Shown piece after piece: positions 33,700 to 44,360 of a DNA stretch of 64,000 nt. The stretch covers positions 11,072,978 through 11,136,977 of the forward strand of contig NC_083409.1 in NCBI RefSeq assembly GCF_020745735.1. The letters run 5' to 3'. A model generated the notes under the pieces. The model searched no databases. It had not been told where the DNA came from and worked only from the letters and a program-made list of their open reading frames with translations. The position numbers and the translations under genes are program-made. Position 1 is the first letter of the stretch. Every line of letters begins with the position of its first letter. Source of the DNA: Hemiscyllium ocellatum (taxonomy: Eukaryota).

Positions 33700-36600
33700 T
33701 CTGGAATACCATGAGAGCAGGAATTGTGGTCAGTGACAACAGTTGAAGCTCCGGGCTTCGGAGCTTGAGCAGCAGCTAGTATCAGTGCAGAGCGTCCGTG
33801 AGGCTGAGAGCTCCGTGGAGAGCACGTTTCTAGATGTGGTCACTCTGCAGCTTCAGAGTATGCAGGGAGAGAGGGAAAGGGGGTGCAGCAGACAGTCCAA
33901 AAGGACCAGGCAGCAGCTAGTACAGGAATACTCTGAGTGCATCCCACTGTCCAACCAGGATTCAGTTTGGAATCCTGATGAAAATGATGGTTCATCTGGG
34001 GAGTGCAGCCAGACCCAAGTCCATGGCAACACGGGGACTCAGCCGTCCAGGGGGGGCACAAGGAAGACTGGAAGAGTGATAGTGAGAGGAAATTCGAGAG
34101 TGAGGACAATCGATAGGTGTTTCTGCAGCTGCAGATGGGAATCCAGGATGGTGTGTTGTCTCCCTGGTGCCAGGGTGAAGGATATCACTGAGCGGCTGCA
34201 GAGCACCCTGAGGGGAGAGGGGGAACAGGCAGCAGTCATGATCCACATCGTCCCAGTGACAGAGGGAGAAAAGGGATATAGCCCTGCAGTCAGACTTTAG
34301 GGAGTTTGGGAGGCAATTAGCAACAGGAGCTCAAAATTGTGAATCTCTGGATTACTCCCAGTGACCAATGCAAGTGAGGATAGGAACAGAAGGGTAAGAC
34401 AGGGTGTATCTGAGGCTGGAAAGGTGGTCCAGGAGGGAGTGCTTGAGATTCTTGGGACATTGGGGATGACTTTGTGGGAGATGTGACCTCTACAGACCAG
34501 ATGGGTAGCTCCTGAACATAGCTGGAACTGAGCTCCTTGTGGGGTGATTTGCTGATGCTGTTGGAGAGGGTTTAAATGAACATGGAAGGGGGGCTGTGGG
34601 AAGCAGGAGGTAATATCAGGGAGGAACACCAAGGAAAACGGAATCAGGAAGAGATAGATACTCCAAAGTAAGGAATATTAACTTATTCGGCCAGGTCACA
34701 GTGAGGGAGAGAGTAATAGTTTCTAAATCTAACTGACTGTTCATGTATGGGCCTGCATGGAGTATGGGGAAAAAGATTGGGGAGTTACAGACGCATATTA
34801 CCAAGTGGAAATCTGGTGTTGTCGCTCTTACAGATGAGGCTCAAATGTGGACAGGACTTGGTAGTAAATATTCCTGGATACAAGGTGTTCACTAAAGATA
34901 GAAAAAGGGGAGGATGGTGAATGGTGTGGGATTGGTTCAGGAGATTGGTGACGAACTGGAGAAATTGGATATTCCAGAGTGTTCAAGGACAGAATCGATT
35001 TGGTTTGAGTTAAGGAACAAAAAAGGTGCAATCAGGTTCTTCAGTGCAGTCTGTCGGTCACCAACTAGTGGGAAGGATGCAGAGGAACAGATCTGCAAGA
35101 AATTCACAGCACACGTTCGGGTAACTTTAATTATCAGAATATAGAATGAAATAGGAGCAGTGTGAAGGGCAGAGAGGGGCCAACGTTGTGAGAGTGTGCT
35201 CAGGTGAATTTTCTCCAGCTGTGTGTTTCCATTCCAATCAGAAAGGAAGCTCTGCCAGACCTGGATCTCGGGAATGAGGAGGCCCAAGTAGATCAAGTGT
35301 CAGTAAGAGGACATTTAGGGAAGAGTGATCATTGTATTACAAGGTTCTGGGTGACCATGGAAAAGGACAAAGGACAATCCAGCATAAAGTCATGATCATG
35401 GATCATATACCATGGATCACCTCCACATGTCTCACTCTTAAAATTTTTCATATTTTATTTTAAAACCGAATATGAATGAGTTACAAATCTAATATTTTTG
35501 TCGCAGTATTTATGGTTGAGAAGGACATGGAAGTGAAGGAAATTCCGGAAATAAATATTGATGTCTTGAGAAGAATCCATATTACAGAATAAGAGGTGCA
35601 GTAATCTGGTCTTTGAACTCATAAAGATAGATAAATCTCCAGGACCTGATCAGCTCCATCCCAATACTTCGTGGGAATCTTGGGAAGGTGCCCCTTGTGG
35701 AGATGTTTGTATCATCAACAGTCACGGGTGGAAGACTTGGGTGTGTCTAATGTTATGCTGTTACTTAAGAAGGTCTGCAAGGAATACCTAGGGAATTATA
35801 GACTGGTGAGTCTGATATCAGTGGTGAATAAGTTGCTGGAGGGGATTTTGAGAGACAGGATCTAAATGCATTGGAAAGACAAGGATTAATTAAGGATAGT
35901 CCACAAGGCTTTGTAAGTGGGAAGTCATGTCTCACAAATTTGATTGAGTTTTTTGAAGACATGACCAAGAAGATAGCTGAGAGCAGAGTGGCAGATATTG
36001 CCTACATGGACTTTATCAAGACCTTTGACAAGGTACTGCATGGACAGTTGGTTAGTAAGTTAATTCAAGTTGGATCCAGGGAGGGCAAGCTAACTAATAC
36101 AAAATTGGCTTGATGGTTGGAGACAGAGAGTAGTGGTAGAAGGTGGTTGTTCAGACTGGAAGCCTGTGACCAGCGGTGTGGCAAAAGGATTGGTTCTGGG
36201 TTCATCATTGTTCATCATTTATAGAAACAAATTGAATGAGAATATAGGAGGCATGGTTTGTGAGTTTGCAGATGATACTAACATTGGTGGTTTCATGAAC
36301 AGTGAAGAAGGCTATTTGAGAGTACATTTACATGATGCATTGAGATAATAGCGAGGTGTTGCATTTTGGTACAAAAACCAGGCCAGGGCTTACACAGTTA
36401 ATTGTGGGGCCATGGGGAGTGTTGTCAAACAGGGAGATCAAGGCGTGGAAGGACATAGAGGATTGAAACTGGTGTCACGTGTAAACAAGGTGGTGAAGAA
36501 AGCATTTGGTACAATTGCTTCTATCAGTCAGGTCATTACGTGTGGGAGTTGTTACGACTCTCCAAGGTATTGGTCAGGCCACATTCCCAGTCACCCTGCT

Positions 36601-37025
36601 ATTGGAAGGATGTCATTAAACTGGAAAGGGTGTAAAAAGGATGACAAGGATGTCACCGAGACTGGAGGGTTTGAGTTAGAAGGAGAGGCTGGTAAGGCCT
36701 GGGCTATTTTCCTTGGAAGGTCGGAGGCTGCTGGGTGATATTTTAGAGGTTTATAAAATGATAATGGGCATAGATAAGGTTACTAGCTAAGGTTTGTTCC
36801 CCAGGGTAAGGGAGTCCAAAACTAAACAGCAGAGGTTTAAAGCAAGAGGAGAAAGATTCAAAAGGGACCTGAGGTGCATCTCGTTCACACAGAGGGTGGT
36901 GCGTGTATTGAATGAGCTGCCAGAGGAAGTCGTAGAGGTGAGTATAATAACAAAATTTAAAAGTCATTTGAACAGGTACATGGACAGGAACAGTATGGGG
37001 GAAATTAGCTAAATGCAAGCAAATG
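33700..37025 (+). mobile_element. CR1 LINE, near full-length, degenerate (ORF1 esterase, EN, RT)
   Basis: LRASELEQQL zipper and MVCCLPGARV (ORF1); ESIWFELRNKKG, DFIKTFDKVLH and EFADDTNIG (ORF2). Confidence 0.88.
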
Positions 37026-37049
37026 GGACTACGGGATTAGATAAGGGGA

Positions 37050-37560
37050 ATAATTCATGAAGGTTATGAATATTTTGCATATGGAGTGCAAAAGTTCCCG
37101 TTTAAGGTTCAGGGAGAGGAAAGTCGGTTATGAACAAATTTTGGAGAAGTTTGGACTGTCTTCCTTGGAGAAGTGAAGGCTGAGAGGAAATTTGTTTGAG
37201 GAATTCAAAATCAGGAGGTGTCTGGACAGAGTAAATAGGGAAAAAATGTTCCCACTCATGAAAGGATTGAGAAGGAGAGGGCACAGATTTAAAGTAATTA
37301 GTGAGAGAATCAAACGTGAGATGAGGAAAAACATTTTCAGCCAGTGGGTGGTTAAGGTGTGGAATGCACTGCCTAAGAGTGTGGTGGAGGCAGCTTCAAT
37401 TGAAACATTCTGAAGGGAATGAGACTGTTATTTGAAAAGGAACAATGTGCAGGGTGACAGGGAGAAGGCAGGAGAATGACACTCAGTGAATTGCTCATTC
37501 AGAGAGCTAGTCCAGACAGGATGGTGGAATGGCCTCCGTGTGCACTGTAACAGTTCTGTG
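37050..37560 (+). mobile_element. CR1 LINE 3' end
   Basis: RRGHRFKV...RKNIFSQWVVKVWNALP and a (CTGTGATT)n tail. Confidence 0.82.
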
Positions 37561-37616
37561 ATTGTGTGATTGAGCAGAGCGAATGCTGGGGGAGATGGGA
37601 GCTCGGTGTCTCACTG

Positions 37617-37648
<32 letters not shown>

Positions 37649-37773
37649 AGGTCAGTGAGATCAGAGACTGGGACAGGGAGCCAGAGCTCACATCAAACTC
37701 TGCCCCGTGTCCGTCACACTGAGACTGGCAGGAGGCTACTCACTGATTTCACTCCATGCTGCAGGAATGGGAC

Positions 37774-38014
37774 CACAGGCTGCAAATGGACAGAGCTCAG
37801 TGAAGGGAGAGTTTATCAGGAACCAGGCACAGGGACAGGAGCACACACCATGATTTCACACATCCAGCTGATCTGGCCCCTGGCATTCTGCATCGCAGGT
37901 ACAAATCTCTCTCCTTCCACCTTGAATCTTTAGCTGCTCTCCATTTCACTCCAATGCTGAAACCAGAGGAATGCTCAGTGTCTCCAACAATCTCTCATTT
38001 GACAGGCTCTTTCT
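37774..38014 (+). repeat. Inverted duplicate of the V-kappa 5'UTR, leader exon and partial intron
   Basis: ATG 37850 to donor 37899 encodes [16 protein letters not shown]. About 4 differences over ~215 bp from the reverse complement of 39111-39330. The TATA box is replaced and no V exon follows. Confidence 0.92.
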
Positions 38015-38211
38015 CCACACAGTGAGTAAAACCTACTGACTTATATCTTGATGCTTAAAGGGGGAAATGGAACTAAAGAAATACAGCTGGACACCCTGTT
38101 AGACACAGTGCTCCTCAATCAACCATTTCATTCACTGCAGCTCCCCACTAACACCTTCAACAATTCAACATTTGTGTTTTCGCAAGTTTTGTATTGAAAG
38201 GGTTTACTTAC

Positions 38212-38246
38212 TCAGTCTGAGCTTGGTTCCTTTACCGAACGTGTAC
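38212..38246 (-). CDS. IGKJ: Ig kappa J segment (YTFGKGTKLRL)
   Basis: FGxG motif; phase-1 donor A|GTAAGT at 38211-38206. Confidence 0.95.
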
Positions 38247-38285
38247 CACAGTGAAAACTCCCAGTGCAGAGGGTGTACAAAAATC
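38247..38285 (-). promoter_or_regulatory. J recombination signal (23-RSS)
   Basis: CACAGTG 38247-38253, 23-nt spacer, ACAAAAATC 38277-38285 (one mismatch to the consensus nonamer). Confidence 0.95.
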
Positions 38286-38304
38286 TCTGCTCTCTGCTTC
38301 CCTC

Positions 38305-38480
38305 CGTCACTCTCTCTCTCTCCCTGTCTCTCTCTGTCTCTCACTCATTCTCATATTCTCTTTGTCATTCATGTCTTTCTGTTTTTTCTCATTCGGTTTC
38401 TCTCTCTCTCTCTCTCTCCCTGTCTCTCTCTCTTTCTCTCTCTCTCTCTCTCCATCTCCTTCTCTTTCTCACTCTCTCCC
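38305..38480. repeat. (CT)n-rich microsatellite between V and J
   Basis: Interrupted TC dinucleotide runs. Confidence 0.9.
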
Positions 38481-38738
38481 TTTTTCACTGTCTGGATTAT
38501 GTCTAGCTGGCCTCAGGAGAGTTGTGAACTTTTCATTGTTAAATCTTGCAGCTGCTCTTCCTATGTGGCCATGGAGTGTGTAGTGGACAGTGACAATCCC
38601 AGCCTGGGACAATTTGTTCAGTTTCATTTATCGATAACTGTGGGCATGTTAATGCAGGAGATGGATGTGTGTTCTCTATTTAATATTATATAAAATTGTG
38701 GTATGTGTCAGTACAGGCGGTGGGACTGTGTGTATTGA

Positions 38739-38766
38739 GGTTTTTGTACAGCTGTGTATCACTGTG
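38739..38766 (-). promoter_or_regulatory. V recombination signal (12-RSS)
   Basis: Minus-strand CACAGTG (38766-38760), 12-nt spacer, ACAAAAACC (38747-38739); both elements are consensus. Confidence 0.97.
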
Positions 38767-39068
38767 TCAAGGGGAGCCGTAACTTTGCTGACAGTAATAG
38801 TCAGCGACATCCTCATTCTGAACGTTGCTGATTGTCAGGGTGAAGTGTGTGCTGGACACTTCTGTCCTGGTGAATTTGTAGGAGACCCCTGTGAATCGAG
38901 TTGCTGCATTGTAGATCAGGAGAGAGGGTTTCTGTCCTTCTTGCTGTTGGAACCATTCAACATTACCACTGGCACTCTGACTGGATTTACAGGTGATGGT
39001 TGCAGTCTGGCCCAGTCCCACTGACAGCACCGGGGGAGACTGAGTCATGATGATATTCCCACTGATAC
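38767..39068 (-). CDS. IGKV: Ig kappa V exon (unrearranged)
   Basis: [39 protein letters not shown]...LLIY...[24 protein letters not shown]. Acceptor CTCAG at 39070-39069. Conserved C, W and YYC. Confidence 0.96.
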
Positions 39069-39226
39069 CTGAGGGATCAGAGAGAAACACAGTGAAGTCA
39101 GAACTGTCACAGAAAGAGCCTGTCAAATGAGAGATTGTTGGAGACACTGAGCATTCCTCTGGTTTCAGCATTGGAGTGAAATGAAGAGCAGCTAAAGATT
39201 CAAGGTGGAAGGAGAGAGATTTGTAC

Positions 39227-39275
39227 CTGTGACACAGAATGCCAGGGGCCAGATCAGCTGGATGTGTGAAATCAT
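39227..39275 (-). CDS. IGKV: Ig kappa leader exon ([16 protein letters not shown])
   Basis: ATG at 39275; phase-1 donor G|GTACAA; a 158-nt intron to V that splices in frame. Confidence 0.93.
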
Positions 39276-39335
39276 GGTGTGTGCTCCTGTCCCTGTGCCT
39301 GGTTCCTGATAAACTCTCCCTTCACTGGGCTCTGC

Positions 39336-39417
39336 TTTATAAAGCTGCAGCCTGTGAGAGTCTGACTGGGTGTTCCTCAGTATGTAAATGGCATCAGGCA
39401 GAGAGAGCCACGTCAGC
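39336..39417 (-). promoter_or_regulatory. V-kappa promoter
   Basis: TTTATAAA 39336-39343, octamer variant ATTTACAT 39382-39389 (one mismatch to ATTTGCAT), and CRE-like TGACGTGG at ~39409-39416. Confidence 0.7.
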
Positions 39418-39479
39418 CCCTCACACTTCCTCTTCTGTCTCTCTCTCTCGCTCTCTCTGTCTATCTCAGAGAGTCATTG

Positions 39480-40420
39480 ATGTGAACAACACTGACTGAG
39501 GCCATTTGGCCCATTGTGTCTGTGCTGGTAAACAAAGATCTGATGACAGTAACCCCATCCTCCAGCTCTTGGCCCATTACCCTGGAGGCTACAGCAACAC
39601 AAGGGAATATCTAAACACTGCTCCAATGTCATGAGAGTTTGTGACTCAACCAGCCTTTCAGGCAGTGACTTCCCGACTCCCACCATCCTCTGGGTGAACA
39701 CATTCCTCCTCAACTCTCCTCTCACACCCTAACTCGACTGGGCCTGGACTCACTTGAGCTCAGAAGAATGAGAGGTGATCTGATTGAAACATATAAAATT
39801 GTAACAGGGCTGGACAGGGAGGAGGATTCCCTGTTTGGGGAGTCTGGAACCAGGGGACACTCTCTCGGGGGATACAGGGTAGACCATTTAGGGCTGAGAT
39901 GAGGAAACATTTCTTCACTCAGAGAATGGTCAACCTGTGGAATTCTCAACCACACAAGGCTGTGGAGGATAAGGAACTGAATATATTCCAGAAAACGACA
40001 GAGATAACTGTTTTGCATTTTAACAGCATGAAGGAAATGGGGAGAAAGCAGGAATATGGCTTTGAGAGAGAGGATCAGCCATGATCATACTGAATGACAG
40101 AGCAGACTCAAAGGGCCGCATGGCCTACTCCTGCTGCAGTTTCTATGTTTCTATGTCTGTGTTACCTTCGGTCTCTGTTCCTGGTTATTGAGTCCTTTAC
40201 TCATGTAAAAAGTGTCTTCCTACCCTCCCTATCAATGCCTCAAATAATCTTATACCATTCCATCAGGTTCCCTCTCGGCCTTCACTGCTCCAAGGAAAAC
40301 AATCCCAACCTTTCCAATCTTTCCTCATAGCTGACCCTCCATCGCAGGCAGCATCTTGGGAAATATCCCCTGCACCCTCTCAAGTACAATCACATCCTTC
40401 CCAGAATATGGTGACCAGAG
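39480..40420. mobile_element. Three short CR1 3'-end fragments in alternating orientation
   Basis: RRNVFTQRMV (minus), MRKHFFTQRMVNLWNS (plus), and a CTCCAAGGAAAACAATCCCAACC-type tail (minus). Confidence 0.7.
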
Positions 40421-40995
40421 ACCTGTCCCTCTCTCTCTGTCTCACATCTGCCACGTCTTTCTCTCTACCTCCCTCTCTCCCACTATTAATCTCTCTCATG
40501 TTTTCTCTCTTTCTCTCTCTATCTCTCTCACTCTGTCTCACTCTGTCTCATAGCCACTCTCTCCAACTCACTGATGCTTTCTCACTCCATCTTATAATCT
40601 CTGTTTCTCCGTCTCTCACTGTTTCTGTCACTTGCTCCCTCTCTCACTTCAACTAAAAGCCTCCGATTGCTATCTGTCCCTCTCTATTACTCCCTCTTTC
40701 TCTCTCCTTCCATCTCCACCTCCCAGTCTACAGTCTCTCTCCATACCTCTCTGTCATTCTGTAACTACCCACACTCATCTGTCCCTCTCACTCTCACACT
40801 CAACCCTACCCTCTCTCTAGATTCTCTTCATGCTTGCTCTAACACCCATCCTGTCTCTTTGTCCTCTCCTTGTCTCTTTCTCTCCTCTATCCCTCTCAAT
40901 CATGCTGACTCACATCTCTCTCTGTATCCCTCAGCCTCACCATTTCTACCTCCCTCTATCCTCCATCTCCCTCTTGGTCCCCTCAATATCTCACA
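40420..40995. repeat. CT-rich low-complexity tract running into an assembly gap
   Basis: Strong pyrimidine bias with (TC)n runs. Confidence 0.85.
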
Positions 40996-41193
40996 NNNNN
41001 NNNNNNNNNNNNNNNNNNNNNNNNNNNNNNNNNNNNNNNNNNNNNNNNNNNNNNNNNNNNNNNNNNNNNNNNNNNNNNNNNNNNNNNNNNNNNNNNNNNN
41101 NNNNNNNNNNNNNNNNNNNNNNNNNNNNNNNNNNNNNNNNNNNNNNNNNNNNNNNNNNNNNNNNNNNNNNNNNNNNNNNNNNNNNNNNNNNNN
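40996..41193. other. Assembly gap (N run)
   Basis: About 200 N; true size and contiguity across it are unknown. Confidence 0.99.
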
Positions 41194-41869
41194 CACAGTA
41201 TCCCAGGTGGTGACAGTTGAATGCAGGATAAATCTCCCTCTGCTCTGCCCCACTCATGGATGATAACGCCTGATCCCAGAAGCCTGTCTTCTCCTGGAGG
41301 GAGACCCTATTTCCCACATTGACCAGGGTTTGGCCTCTCTTTTTGGCCTATTCTTGTCAAATCAAGGACAGTCCTGTGCTGTTGGCCTATTCTCACTGGG
41401 GACTGGTTTTATCATAAACCTCATTCCATGAAGGCCCAGCAGAGAGAGGAGATCCTCAGGCCATCAGTGTGAGCTGGAGGGACAGGACAGGCTCTGACCC
41501 ACTGACCCATCCTGTCCATTCACAACATGTTCCAACCCTTTCCCCTCTCCTTCCCCTTCCATGGTCAGTCTTTTCTGAAATGGAGTGGTCCCTTCCCTGT
41601 CTCACACCAAGGAGGAGATGGACAGATATTTAATGGGTAATGGGTTAAAGGATGATGGAGAGTGAGCAGGAAAGTGGAGTTGAGTCTAAGATGTGATCAG
41701 CCATGATTGTATTAAATGGTGGAGTGGGCTCGAGGGGCTGAATTGCCTGCTCCTGCTCCTAGTTCTTATATTCATCCACCCCCTCCCCCATTCCTCTTAC
41801 TGCAACTTTGTCACATTCTTGGAATGTTTAGACATTGAAGGTGCGATGTGAATTCAAGATTTGTGTTGA

Positions 41870-44360
41870 ATTAATGTGGGGACAGAATTGCACACGGGCT
41901 GTGATAACTCCTGCAGTTGAATATCCTGCTGACAGGCTTCAGCCTTCCACATACAGAATGGGGAACTGGGGGAGGTCAGAATGTAGTGACACAGTCCATG
42001 GCACTGTCCCCCAGCAATGTGGTTGACCCTTAACTGCCCTCTGAAATGGCCGAGCAAGGCACTCAGTTGTATCAATCATGACGTATCAACAAAGAATTAA
42101 AACCGGATGGACTGCCTGACATCGATCTAGACACCGAAACGACAATGACAGAAACAGCCCTGTCTACCCTGCTCCATCCTCCTTACTGACATCTGGGAGC
42201 TAGTGCCAAATTCAGGAGAGCTGTCTCACAGATTACTCAAGCAACAGCCTGACACAGCCATACTCACAGAACCACACCTTACAGACAATGTCCCAGACAC
42301 CACCATCACTGTCCCTGCATGTGTCCTGTCCCACCAGAAAGGCAGACCCAGCAGAGCTGATGACACAGTGGTCTACAGTCGGGAGGGAGTTACCCTGGGA
42401 AGCCTCAAAGTTGGCTCTGGACCCCGTGAAGACTCATGGCACCAAGTTAAACATGGGCGAGGAAACCTCCTGATGACTACAAGATATCTTGCTCCGTTGG
42501 CTGATGAATCAGTCTCTCTTCCATGTTGAACAGCACTTGGAGGAAGCACTGAGGGTGGTGACAGCAGAGAGTGTACTCTGGGTGGGGGATTTCATTGTCC
42601 ACCACTGAGAGTGACTCGGCAGCAGCATTACTGATCGAGTTGGTTGGTTCTTAATGGAAGTAGCTGAGGGACTGGCTCTGCAGCTGGTGGTGAAGGAACC
42701 AAAAAGATGGAAAAACGTACTTGACCCCATCCTCACCAATCTTATGGCTGTCGATGCATCTGTCCTTGACAGTATTGGTAAGAGTGACCATAACACAGTC
42801 CTTGTAGAAACAAAGTTTGACCTTCACATTGAGAATTCCCTCCACTGTGTTGTGTGGTACTATCACCGTGCTAAATAGGACAGACTGCAAACAGATATTT
42901 CAACATAAGACAAGCTCATAAATTGGGATGATTGCCAAAGATTGTACAATGTTCAGCACTATTCTCAACTCCTCAGATACTGAAGCAGTCCACGTGCAAA
43001 TGCAACAATATCTGGACAATATCCAGGTTTCATCTCAGAAGCAGTCTTTCACATTGGTGTCATGTAAATGCCAGCCTGCTTGGCACACTCTCCTCATTCC
43101 TGATGAAGGGCTTATGCCCGAAACGTCGAATTTCCGAATTCTTGGATGCTGCCTAACCTGCTGTGCTTTAACCAGCAACACATTTTCAACTGTGATCTCC
43201 AGCATCTGCAGACCTCATTTTTTACCCGTCATTTAAATGCCAGCCAATTACCATCACCAATAAGAGACAGCCTAACCATTGCCCCTTGACAGTCAATACT
43301 ATTACCATCACTGAATCCCCACTATCAACATTCTTGAGGTACCATTGACCAGAAATCAACTGGACTCACCACAAAAACAAAGTGGTTACAAGAGCAGGTT
43401 AGAGACTAGAAATACTGTATCAAGTAAATCACCTGATTCCCCCAAAACCCATCGACCAAGTCAGGAGTGTGATCGAATACTCCCCACTTGCCTGGACAGG
43501 TGCAGCTCCAACAACATTCATAGATTGATCGTGTCACAGAGTCATATGGCGGAGAAACAAACCCTTAAGCCAAACTTTTCCATGCTGACCAGGGTTTCTG
43601 AAGTGAACGAGTCTCATTTGCCTGCATTTGGCCCGTATCCCTCTAATCCATTCCTGTCTATGTCTATCGTATCCTCTGTCATTCTTATCCACTCAAAAAG
43701 CTTGATACTATCCAAAACGAAACAAACTCCTTGATTGGCATCACATTCTCAAAACATCCACTCCCACCACTGCTCCATAGCAGCAGCGTGTATTATTGAT
43801 AAGATGCTCTGCAGAAACTCACCAAAGATCCTCAGATAGCACCTTCCAAACCCATATGGGAAAATAGAAATTGCACGAAAAGCTCAGCAGATCTGGCAGC
43901 ATCTGTGGAGAGAAATCAGAGTTAACATTTCGGGTTGTGCACGAAGCATCATGTGACCCAGAAAGTCAGCTCTGATGTCTCTTCACAAATGCTGCCATAC
44001 CTGCTGACCTTTTCCAGCAATTTCTATCTTTGTCTTGAAAATAGAATCTGAAGTTCCTTTGGTTTTCTTCCAAACCCACGTTCACTTCCATTTAGAACAA
44101 GAGCAGCAGATACACGGGAACACTGTGAGCTGGAAGTTTCCCTCAGAAAAGCTTAGCATCCTGACTTGGAAATATGTCGCTGTTCTCTCAGTCTTGCTGG
44201 GCTAAAATACTGGCATTCCCTCACCAAGAGAATTGCGGGTCAACTAACAGCTTCTGGACGATAGCAATTCAAGATGGGAGCTTCCCACCACCCTCTCAGG
44301 GCAACTAGGGACAGGGTAAAAAATGTTGGCCCAGCCGGTGAAGCCCACTTCCCACAAGTG
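41870..44360 (+). mobile_element. L2/Crack-like LINE fragments (APE endonuclease, RT C-terminus, 3' tail) with nested inserts
   Basis: GELSHRLLKQQPDTAILTE, LDPILTNL and IGKSDHNTV (EN); ESPTINILEVPLTRN..EYSPLAW-like RT end; tail as at 10050. Confidence 0.65.
43096..43131 (+). ncRNA. Minimal type I hammerhead-ribozyme-like motif in a Penelope-type pLTR
   Basis: ATTC-CTGATGA-A-GGGC(TTAT)GCCC-GAAAC-GTC-GAAT: intact core, 4-bp stem II, 4-bp stem I and palindromic ACGT stem III. Confidence 0.65.

Noticed and set aside
38212-39068. Germline-joined VJ, as known for some cartilaginous-fish clusters
   Set aside because: V and J are about 520 bp apart with intact 12- and 23-RSSs, so the cluster is unrearranged.
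38172-41317. ORFs 38172-38693, 38251-38583, 40408-40656 and those crossing the N gap
   Set aside because: They are S/L-rich translations of (CT)n tracts or are held open by Ns.
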